A stretch of DNA of 64,000 bases from Clostridia bacterium. Lineage in GTDB: Bacteria > Bacillota > Clostridia > Oscillospirales > Acutalibacteraceae. The translations under genes were made by a program, and so were the position numbers. The notes beneath the pieces were generated by a model. It did not search any database, was not told the DNA's origin, and was given only the letters and a program-made list of their open reading frames with translations. Positions 36,202-44,487 of the stretch are shown one piece after another (position 1 is the stretch's first letter; the number at the start of each line of letters is the position of its first letter). Where the stretch lies: positions 9,739 to 73,738 of the forward strand of contig JAFVIF010000076.1 of the NCBI GenBank assembly GCA_017474125.1, given 5' to 3'.

Positions 36202-38235
36202 TTAATTAAACAAAAACACTGCTGTTTCATAGGGTTTTAAATTAAGATTTACAAATTTACCCGTTCCGCTTTCATTACTGCCGTATTTTTTCCACTTTTT
36301 ATCTTCGCCGAAATCAAGCGTTCCGCAATATTCTTTATCGCTTGCTATAACGGTTAAAAAGCGATTGTCCCCGTAAAGCGTATAATCTGCATCGCAGTAA
36401 ATATGGCAACCTGCCTTTTTAACGATATTTTTAAGCTCTTCAATAGAAATTTTGGGAATGGTGTTCATTATTAAAGTTCTGCCGTCTTCTATTCTTTCGG
36501 CAAAAGAACCCTTTTCGGTTTCGTATAAAACGTTATTGTTAATCTTAACGGTTGGGTACATCTCATTTGTTTTTTCTTCATTGTCACGCAAAGAAAAGCC
36601 TGTTACGTTTTCAATGTTTTTAAAAGAGAACTTACCGTCTGCCACACAACCTGCCATATACTGAAACATAATTGTAGCATTGGAGCTTTCTTTAACGTAG
36701 TTTAGAGTTTCGGTGTTTAAACGGAAATCGTAAGAAAAAACAATAAGCTTATAACGGCTTAAATCAATATTTTTAATATCAGAAGTTCTGAAAATATCAA
36801 CAAGCACGCCGGTACGTTTAAGGTCGAATATAAGGTAGGTAGAATAAGCGTCTAAAGACATACCTGAACATGTAATACCGGCAGAAAGTTCATCTGCAAG
36901 TACTAAAACGTCACTTACTCTTTCGTGAGGTTTTTTTCTGATTAAGTTGTTAAGAGTGTCTAATTCTTCAACCAAATCCAACATTTCGGTAGAATTGTAC
37001 CAACCGTCACCCAAATCCATAAACCAAAAGCCCGAATTGTGAGAAAGGTTTTTTGAAAGTTCACGATAGAGCGCATTTCTTGTTTGCAGCATATTTTTAC
37101 TTGCCCATTTGGGTGGTGTGTCGGCTGCTGCGAGGTGGGTGCGTACGTCACATTCGTCAACCCACACTTTAGTTAAATTTACCGATTGAGTAATACTGTG
37201 TTCACCGCTACTGTCTCCGGGAGCGCAACGGTCATACAGTTTTGGAGCGGCAAAGAAATCAACGTAGGGAGAATCAAGCAATTTTTGTATATGGGTATGA
37301 CCCGTATAGCCTGTTTGAGCAATTCCCATATAATAACCGTAGAAAACGCCCGTTAACTTTGTGGGAGCAATTTCCTTTACAGCCTTGCACAAATATTCTA
37401 TTGCATAGGAATTTATTTCGCCCATAAACTCGTCGTAATAACGCGAAACGGGGTCGTTTGCGCGCATATAATCACTTGCGTTATCTCGTTTATAATAACG
37501 TTGTTCGGGAGAAGCAATTTCAGCCTCTATGCCGTATTTTTCCTTTAAAAAAGCCTTGAATTTTCTTTGGTGATTAATACCGTAATCACCGCAATCGCGC
37601 TTAACTCTACCCCAAAGCAAAGTTTCGCCCGACGTTCCGTACGCTATATGATAACCCAAAATTTTATTGCCGTATTTTTCTTCCAAATGGGTTAAAAGCA
37701 CCTTTAACATTTCTTTGGCATCATGAAGCCATTTGTCAGAAGAAAAACTCTGATTAGAAATTTTACCGCCAACGTTTGGACGGGTATATTTGGGGTTGCC
37801 CATATACATACCACCGGGCGCATCATAGCCAAGTTGGTCGTGCAACGGCGTATCGACAAGAGCGCTGATTTCTTCGGGAGTCTGCGGTCCGCCGTAGTAA
37901 ACAAAAACTTCTTCAGGATTATTTTTGAGCCATTCGTAAGGAGGGTCTAATTTAATTCGTGGGATAAGCATTGCATCCTCGCCAATTTGAACGGCTGCAT
38001 CCATAGTTTTATCGGTGGTGGTAAAGTTATAAACTCCTTCGCCAATCCAACCTGTCTCTAAAATAAAACTGTGTAATTTTATACCGCGTTTATAAAAATC
38101 CTGATGATATTTAAGTTCAGAAAAGGTATCGTTACCGATTACGGGATTTCCGTCTTCGTCCAAAGCCTTATGGCCGATACCTATTCCAAGTCTGGACCAA
38201 AATATAGTTTTGTTTCTTAAAATCTCTCTATTCAT
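36202..38235 (-). CDS. Putative glycoside hydrolase, GH42/beta-galactosidase-like fold (677 aa); paralog of 39750-41525
   Basis: Shares the blocks GYH(I/L)A.G..E, LDSPYVDFFAAP / IDSPYIDFFCSP and ECD(V/I)RT.L with the 591-aa protein. No signal peptide. Confidence 0.5.
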   Translation of the reverse strand: MNREILRNKTIFWSRLGIGIGHKALDEDGNPVIGNDTFSELKYHQDFYKRGIKLHSFILETGWIGEGVYNFTTTDKTMDAAVQIGEDAMLIPRIKLDPPYEWLKNNPEEVFVYYGGPQTPEEISALVDTPLHDQLGYDAPGGMYMGNPKYTRPNVGGKISNQSFSSDKWLHDAKEMLKVLLTHLEEKYGNKILGYHIAYGTSGETLLWGRVKRDCGDYGINHQRKFKAFLKEKYGIEAEIASPEQRYYKRDNASDYMRANDPVSRYYDEFMGEINSYAIEYLCKAVKEIAPTKLTGVFYGYYMGIAQTGYTGHTHIQKLLDSPYVDFFAAPKLYDRCAPGDSSGEHSITQSVNLTKVWVDECDVRTHLAAADTPPKWASKNMLQTRNALYRELSKNLSHNSGFWFMDLGDGWYNSTEMLDLVEELDTLNNLIRKKPHERVSDVLVLADELSAGITCSGMSLDAYSTYLIFDLKRTGVLVDIFRTSDIKNIDLSRYKLIVFSYDFRLNTETLNYVKESSNATIMFQYMAGCVADGKFSFKNIENVTGFSLRDNEEKTNEMYPTVKINNNVLYETEKGSFAERIEDGRTLIMNTIPKISIEELKNIVKKAGCHIYCDADYTLYGDNRFLTVIASDKEYCGTLDFGEDKKWKKYGSNESGTGKFVNLNLKPYETAVFLFN

Positions 38236-38241
38236 AGCTTA

Positions 38242-39708
38242 CTATCCATTTCTTGTAGAAACTACGTAAATCATATTTCTAATGTCGTTACCAAGCCAAG
38301 TCCATCTGCCCTTAATTTCGCTCGACGAATTTTTAAGGGAATGTAAAATATCAAGCACCTCGTTATAATAACCGTCAAGTAAAGCAAGCTTTTGCTCGTT
38401 GCTGTACTCAACTGCCTTATTAAGAAAATCGGGGTCGTCGGTTAATTTTTCAAGAGGCTGATAGGAAAGATGTTTTTTCTTTGCGCGTTCGCCTAACATA
38501 AGCAGACGGCCTTTTATATATAAATCGCGCCATTTTGTAGCCATTGAAGAACCACCGTACAATGGGTCAAGTGTATTTGCGTAAAACTTTTCGATAGACA
38601 GTTCGCTGTTTTCTCTGCCAAGTCCGCAAGCCTCTTCAAAAGCAAGATAATTTGCTTCGTTAGGGGGAGCAACAAAGGATTCTTCACCAAAAATACTAAC
38701 GCCGTTTACGTCGTGTTTTCTTGCCTCAGTTACCAACTGCCAAATAAGCTCAACCGCCCAATCGCCCATACCCATTGCGGAATACTGACTTCCTGCATGA
38801 ACTCGTAAAATATTATCAGCCTTTGGTGTGTAAATATCGTCGGGCCAATAATCGGTTGCATAGCCGCCTATAGCCTTATCAGCTGCCCACTGAAGAATGG
38901 AGCCTTCGGGCAAAGCCGACAGCAATTTTCTGTCTTCATTTGGCATAGATTGCCAGTTGCCGTCAACAAATTCCGCCTTTGGTGAAGTGAAACCTGAATA
39001 GGTTTCGCAAAGAACCCAAGCGTCCTTCTTTTTGGACTTTGAAACCTCGACTGCAGCGGTATATGTATTTAACATATCTTCAACCGAGTAATCGCGTTTG
39101 ATATTTCTGCCTTTTCTGCGTTCTTCGCAAAGAGGACAATGGCAAACGCTGTAGTCACCCACCTCAACCTGAATTCCGTCAATATCAAATTCGTCATAAA
39201 GCCAAGCAAGGGCTTCCTTAAACCACTGTAAATTTTCAGGCCTTGAAGGACAAGCGAGAACGTTCATAGGGCCAAAGGGATAAGGCTTGCCATTCTCATC
39301 TACCGACATATATTCAGGGTGTTCATTAAGCCAGGTATTAAGGGAATATTTATGTGTTCCGAACTTGCGGTCAATACCCAGAGAAGCGGTAGTTGAAGGG
39401 TCGTAGAAAACACCGCCGTAGCTAAAGGCGCTTATACCGGGCATAATTCTTACACCCTTTTCTCTGCCGTATTTTACAAGCTCCTTAAACTGCTGCAGAC
39501 CGTTATTATGAGCGCGAAGCGCACCCCAAATAACTATTCCGTTAAAATGATGCGCGCTCGCATAATCAACCATTCTTTTATAGTCGTTTAAAAAGGCTTC
39601 GCGTCTGAAATTTTTACCCGAGCAGCCGTTTATTTTATTGCCGACGGATATATCCCAATTGGAGCCTAAATCCCACGTCCAAAGCACACGGTATTTTGGT
39701 GTATTCAT
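38242..39708 (-). CDS. Putative glycoside-hydrolase-like TIM-barrel protein (488 aa) with a CHCPLCEERRKG motif
   Basis: AGGAGGA RBS. NGIVIWGA...GVRIMPGI... barrel-like pattern. C-x-C-x-x-C at 39127-39144, as in the 635-aa protein. Confidence 0.5.
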   Translation of the reverse strand: MNTPKYRVLWTWDLGSNWDISVGNKINGCSGKNFRREAFLNDYKRMVDYASAHHFNGIVIWGALRAHNNGLQQFKELVKYGREKGVRIMPGISAFSYGGVFYDPSTTASLGIDRKFGTHKYSLNTWLNEHPEYMSVDENGKPYPFGPMNVLACPSRPENLQWFKEALAWLYDEFDIDGIQVEVGDYSVCHCPLCEERRKGRNIKRDYSVEDMLNTYTAAVEVSKSKKKDAWVLCETYSGFTSPKAEFVDGNWQSMPNEDRKLLSALPEGSILQWAADKAIGGYATDYWPDDIYTPKADNILRVHAGSQYSAMGMGDWAVELIWQLVTEARKHDVNGVSIFGEESFVAPPNEANYLAFEEACGLGRENSELSIEKFYANTLDPLYGGSSMATKWRDLYIKGRLLMLGERAKKKHLSYQPLEKLTDDPDFLNKAVEYSNEQKLALLDGYYNEVLDILHSLKNSSSEIKGRWTWLGNDIRNMIYVVSTRNG

Positions 39709-39749
39709 AACCTTTTCCTCCTGAAAAATACGGTTTTAATAGTTATACG

Positions 39750-41525
39750 TTAATCTTTTAAAGTAAAAATAAGGGTTTGATGTTTTCTCATTTTTACGGT
39801 TATTTCATCCGCCCTAAAGGGCGCTTTATTTGAGCAAATATTTTTAACGGTTGCGGTTTTGGGAAGTTTAATCTTCTTTTCTCCGCCGGAAGCGGCGTGA
39901 ATAGACAGTAAGCTGTTGCCACAGCAAATTACGTCGTTGGTATCAATAAAAATATGCACCTTTGCCGATTTTGCAAAATCGCGCAGCTCGCAAGAAGTAA
40001 AGGTATACTTTTTAAAATCAGCGCAAAGCATCGGTATTCCCGCTTCCCTGCACAGTTTTTTTGCTTTTTCGAGTTCCTTTGAAGATATAGCGGCAGGGAA
40101 AATAATTGCTTTATAGTCTTTATACCGTGCCTTAAAGTCACCCAGCAAATATAGGTCATATGGTATTCCGCTGTTGCCTAAGCTGTTTCTTATACTGTTT
40201 TGTGACCAGCAAGACCGATGTGCCATTCCCTGACGCATATAAAGAGCTCCGTCAACAAAAACGGCAATTTCCGATTTATAATTATACTGACTATAGTTAT
40301 GCTTTTCAAAAAGCTTCTTGCAACGCTTTGCCTCCAGCATATATCGGGGATTATTATACCAGCCTCCCCACATATCAAACCACCAAAGGCTGTTACCTCT
40401 GGTAATTTGATGAGTATAGGCTTTACGCATTGCCGAAACCGAGCCTTCAACCGTTTTTGGGCCGAGCCAAATTTCACCGTAGTAGCTGTTGTTTTTATCA
40501 GCACCTGCTCGGCAATTATTTATAAAATCGGATAGTGAAGTACGAATATCGCACTCCGAAAAATATATTTTGTTATGTTCTCTGAGAGAAGCAGAGGGTA
40601 AAATATCGCCCCAATCCATTCCGAGGGTTCGGTTTTTTATATAAGAGTTGGGCGAGCAAAAGAAATCAATATATGGGCTATCTATTATATGATGGAGCGC
40701 TAAATCACCGCAAAGAGGATTGCAAACCTCCATAATATATCCATAAAAGGTTCCTACTGTCTGGGCATAACCCGTAGCCTCTTTAACCGCTTTTGCAAAA
40801 TGTATTATACTGTCGGCAACCGATATGTTGCTGAATTCCAAATAACGAGTAAAGAGTTTATCTTGTATTTCCCCCGCAACGTTTAAGCTTTTTACGTCGG
40901 GAAGTGTTCGCGGCAGGTCTTCATCGGGGTATTTTTCGTCTAAGAAACGGAAAAAATACTTTTTTGCGTTTTCGCAAATTGCGCCGTCTTTACCGTAGTG
41001 AAACCATTCCTCTGCACATCCGCTCGCCAAATGATAACCGATAATATTTTCGGCGTAAGACTGCTTTTTAACGTGGTTTATAAGACATTTAAGCATTTTT
41101 GTTCCCTCTGCTCTGAAAGCGTCAGAGAAAAGCATTTCACGCTTTTCTCCGCAAGGGGTATCTACCACCTCTTCGGGATTCTGCTCACACCACCACTCCG
41201 GCATGGTTATTAATACGCGGGGGAATATATAGGCGTTAGGGTTCGCTTTGAGAACCCTTTCTACAGCCTTATCCACTATAGAAAAATCGGGCTCATTTTC
41301 TTTATCGAATATGCCCTTTTCATAAGGAGTAAAGCCCGTAAAGCTGTTAAGGGCTCGAGAAGCAAAAGCAAACGTAACAGAATAAAGCCGATAGCCTGCC
41401 TTACTAAAAGCTTCATAACAGTTTCGCTCATCAAAATAAGTAGTATACGCACAGGAAGGGACTTGCTCTTCGTTTATAAACAGCCTTACTGTGCCGTTTA
41501 CCTTTTTTACATAGCTTTCAGCCAC
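39750..41525 (-). CDS. Putative glycoside hydrolase, GH42/beta-galactosidase-like fold (591 aa); paralog of 36202-38235
   Basis: GTG start with an AGGTGG RBS. Conserved blocks are shared with the 677-aa protein. Confidence 0.5.
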   Translation of the reverse strand: MAESYVKKVNGTVRLFINEEQVPSCAYTTYFDERNCYEAFSKAGYRLYSVTFAFASRALNSFTGFTPYEKGIFDKENEPDFSIVDKAVERVLKANPNAYIFPRVLITMPEWWCEQNPEEVVDTPCGEKREMLFSDAFRAEGTKMLKCLINHVKKQSYAENIIGYHLASGCAEEWFHYGKDGAICENAKKYFFRFLDEKYPDEDLPRTLPDVKSLNVAGEIQDKLFTRYLEFSNISVADSIIHFAKAVKEATGYAQTVGTFYGYIMEVCNPLCGDLALHHIIDSPYIDFFCSPNSYIKNRTLGMDWGDILPSASLREHNKIYFSECDIRTSLSDFINNCRAGADKNNSYYGEIWLGPKTVEGSVSAMRKAYTHQITRGNSLWWFDMWGGWYNNPRYMLEAKRCKKLFEKHNYSQYNYKSEIAVFVDGALYMRQGMAHRSCWSQNSIRNSLGNSGIPYDLYLLGDFKARYKDYKAIIFPAAISSKELEKAKKLCREAGIPMLCADFKKYTFTSCELRDFAKSAKVHIFIDTNDVICCGNSLLSIHAASGGEKKIKLPKTATVKNICSNKAPFRADEITVKMRKHQTLIFTLKD

Positions 41526-41553
41526 TTAAACCACCTGCTTATTTAAACATATA

Positions 41554-42810
41554 TCAATATACCACAGCACCGTTTTCCGTAAGCATTTTCTGTAACGCCT
41601 TTACGTCCAAGGTGTGTGTATTTGTATTTGTATTTTTAGCAATGCCTATAGCCGTTCCTGCGGCTTCGCCGAGACAAGCGCATATAGGCATAATTCGTAC
41701 CGACGACTGCGCTTCGTGGGTGGCAGAAATACATCTGCCTGCTACCAGAAGATTATCGTATTCCTTGGGAAGAAGACTGCGATAAGGTATACTGTAGAAT
41801 TTTCGTCTGTCAAACCGTTTCATTACGGTGCCCGTACCTGAAGGGCTGTGAATATCCACGTCGTAATTTCCAAGCGCTATACTGTCTTCAAAAGCAACGC
41901 AATCAAAAAGCTCTTCGGAGGTGAGAATATGCTCACCCTTTAGCTTTCTTGATTCACGAACACCTATCTGGGAGGCAACCGATGAAATAACGGCATTTTT
42001 AAACGCAACGGAATTTTTCTTTAAAAAATCCACCATTTCAAAAATCTGTTTTCTTGCATTAACCTCCGCAACGCTTATATCCATAGGATTGGTTGGGTCC
42101 ATTTTAACGATTCTGGTAGTATTAAAATGGAGCATTCCGTCAGGAAGTCCGCCGAAAATCAAAATATTTTCCCTTGGGTTTTTGATTTTTCCTTCATGAA
42201 CGTATTTTTTATAAAGCTCCTGAAGGCCTTCTATTTCTTCCTTGTATTTTTCCATATCAATTCCGCAAAGGCGAAAACAGGTAGTCATGGGTTGGCAAAG
42301 ATTATCCTCTTCCCTACCCAAAAGATAGTCACACCCTGCAAGGTAGAAAACGTCTCCGTCACCGGTGGTATCAATAAAGAAATCAGCCTCAATTTCCGTA
42401 CTGCCCGCTTTTGTGGCAACCATAACGCTTTTTACGTTTCTTTCGCTGCCCTTTACGTCATAAACAATAGCGTGCAAAAGCAAATCAATATTAGCTTCTG
42501 TAACTATATCGTCAAGAACAAATTTAAAATATTCGGTATCAAAATTTATATCTACCGTTTCACCTGTTTTTTCGGCGTAGCGTTCTCTCATCTCGGTAAA
42601 AAGACCGCCCGATAAAAGCTTTGCGGGTTTTTCTTCTGTTTTCCAAGTCTTATAAGGACAAAAGGGAAACACCAATGCAGACGAAAGTGCACCGCCAAGG
42701 CTGTTGGTTTTTTCAATAAGTAAAACCTTTAAATTCTGTCTTGCGGCGGCAACTGCGGCGCCAACACCTGAAAGTCCTCCGCCTACAACAACCAAATCGT
42801 ATTTTTTCAT
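41554..42810 (-). CDS. FAD-dependent oxidoreductase (FAD_oxidored-type, 418 aa)
   Basis: MKKYDLVVVGGGLSGVGAAVAAARQNLKVLLIEKTNSLGG dinucleotide fold. C-terminal ...LLVAGRCISATHEAQSSVR parallels ...FIAGRCCSVSHLGLGTVR of the ~900-aa paralogs. Confidence 0.8.
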   Translation of the reverse strand: MKKYDLVVVGGGLSGVGAAVAAARQNLKVLLIEKTNSLGGALSSALVFPFCPYKTWKTEEKPAKLLSGGLFTEMRERYAEKTGETVDINFDTEYFKFVLDDIVTEANIDLLLHAIVYDVKGSERNVKSVMVATKAGSTEIEADFFIDTTGDGDVFYLAGCDYLLGREEDNLCQPMTTCFRLCGIDMEKYKEEIEGLQELYKKYVHEGKIKNPRENILIFGGLPDGMLHFNTTRIVKMDPTNPMDISVAEVNARKQIFEMVDFLKKNSVAFKNAVISSVASQIGVRESRKLKGEHILTSEELFDCVAFEDSIALGNYDVDIHSPSGTGTVMKRFDRRKFYSIPYRSLLPKEYDNLLVAGRCISATHEAQSSVRIMPICACLGEAAGTAIGIAKNTNTNTHTLDVKALQKMLTENGAVVY

Positions 42811-42904
42811 ACTGCTTCCTCTTCGCTTTTCTAATGGTTACAATGGTTAGCAGAGGCTATCTGCTAACCATTATATAAATTTGCCTACTTAAAAGGGGTG
42901 ATAA

Positions 42905-43270
42905 TTAAAATCCGTAACCTGCGGGGCTGTAATAAGCCATATTTGTCTGTCTTACGTCAAGTCTGCCAAAGCAAGCGCAAACAGGTACGTTTGAAATAAC
43001 GTGAATTGCGTACTGACCGTAGGGAATTTGATACCCTTCTTTTCCTATAGGCTTATCTAAACGCAGGCAGGTTGTTCTTTCTGCATTAAGGTCTATTGTT
43101 ATTTTATCATAAGCCGGCTTATCTTCAAACAAAATTTTTATGCGAATATGAGCATCTTTTTTACCCACGTTTGTAATCATAAGCGCTTCGTGGCCGGGGA
43201 AATCGGGATTATCGCCCTTAGGAGGTAAATCTCCGTCACAAAATACCCAGTTCTTTTTTCCGTATTTCAT
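42905..43270 (-). CDS. Sensory rhodopsin transducer (ASRT) family protein
   Basis: The 121-aa protein W.F.DGDLPPKG....PGHEALMITNVGKKDAHIRIKILFEDK...ERTTCLRLD...IPYGQYAIHVISNVPV...GRLDVRQ is collinear with my recollection of Anabaena ASRT (W..AEGYIPPYG...SHE...ILN...DAHV.I.I....RR....R......IP....FA.VI.SNVP....RLD.RQ). Confidence 0.7.
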   Translation of the reverse strand: MKYGKKNWVFCDGDLPPKGDNPDFPGHEALMITNVGKKDAHIRIKILFEDKPAYDKITIDLNAERTTCLRLDKPIGKEGYQIPYGQYAIHVISNVPVCACFGRLDVRQTNMAYYSPAGYGF

Positions 43271-43282
43271 TTTTCTTCCTCC

Positions 43283-44455
43283 TTATTTTACGTAGTTGAA
43301 AAGCTCTTCTTCAAATTCGGGGCAAAGAGGTTCTGCGCCGTTTTCGGTAATTACGTAGCAGGTTTCAACTCTAAGACCGTTAAGGGTAGGATGACCGAAG
43401 AAGCTTACGTCTACGTTTACTATCATATTCTTTTCTAACTTATCGTCACTGTTGGGGCCAAAGAAAGGAGCCTCTGCTTCCATAAGTCCCATTGTATGAG
43501 CAAAGGGGCAAACAATATACTTTAAGTAACCGCCCTTTTCGTAGAGAACTCTGCCTGCGGCGTCTATCTCACGTCCGCTGTTACCGATTTTAAGCATATT
43601 TTTAACGTCACGCATAACTTCAATCATATCAATAAGGCATTTTCTCTGTTCGGGGGTGTATTCACCGCTAACGGGAACGGTATGACCAAAGGTGCCTGCA
43701 TAGCCGTTAATACGGGGAGCAATACCAAGCATAACCATTTCGCCGTTTTCCATAACCTTGTTTGTAGCGGTAGGTACTACTGCATTGGAACGAACACCGC
43801 TGCCTACAATAGTCTGATAAGCAAAGCTGTTTGCTCCGTTTGCGCGGCATACTGCTTCACCTGCTGCGGCAACCTCGTATTCCTTGTTTCCTGCCTTTAC
43901 CTTTTCCATCATTGCTTTGTAAGCATCATAGCAAAGCATAGTAGCCTTACGTGCCTGCTCAACCTCCCAATCGCTCTTTACGTATCTGAACTTAAGATAA
44001 TCGTCGGTAAGGTCTACAATTTCACAGCCTGCAAAGCCGCTTACCAAATCCTGATGAACAAGATAAGGCATATCGTTTGTACCGATAAGGCCAACCTTTT
44101 TAATTGGGAATTTTTTATTAAGCTCTTCAAAAAGCTCTTCAAAGCCTATAATTGTTGCAAGAGGATATTCCTCGTCGGGCACCATAAATACCTTAAAGCA
44201 TCTGGTATCATGAATAGCCGAAGACTGCTTTGCAAAGGGTTCACTTTCAGGGCCGCCCAAAAGCATTGTAGTGCCGTCTCTTCCAACCAAAACGGCACCC
44301 TTTTCAAACTGGCCTACCCAGCCTGTTAAGTACCAGCCGTTAGCAACGTTTAATTCGTCGAAGTAGATAACGGCAATATCGGTGTCTTTTTCGTTTAAAA
44401 GATTCACCACTTTCTGAATTCTTTTTTCTGTTTCCTGCGCATTGTAGTATGACAT
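43283..44455 (-). CDS. M24-fold (creatinase/prolidase-like) protein, apparently lacking the two Asp metal ligands
   Basis: Creatinase-like N-domain plus pita-bread C-domain. VMLGIAPRINGYAGTFGHTV aligns with the prolidase motif I.IDAG...NGYA.D.TRT, with D->G and D->T at the ligand positions. Confidence 0.7.
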   Translation of the reverse strand: MSYYNAQETEKRIQKVVNLLNEKDTDIAVIYFDELNVANGWYLTGWVGQFEKGAVLVGRDGTTMLLGGPESEPFAKQSSAIHDTRCFKVFMVPDEEYPLATIIGFEELFEELNKKFPIKKVGLIGTNDMPYLVHQDLVSGFAGCEIVDLTDDYLKFRYVKSDWEVEQARKATMLCYDAYKAMMEKVKAGNKEYEVAAAGEAVCRANGANSFAYQTIVGSGVRSNAVVPTATNKVMENGEMVMLGIAPRINGYAGTFGHTVPVSGEYTPEQRKCLIDMIEVMRDVKNMLKIGNSGREIDAAGRVLYEKGGYLKYIVCPFAHTMGLMEAEAPFFGPNSDDKLEKNMIVNVDVSFFGHPTLNGLRVETCYVITENGAEPLCPEFEEELFNYVK

Positions 44456-44487
44456 TTTTATTCCTCCTAAATATTATTTATATATCA

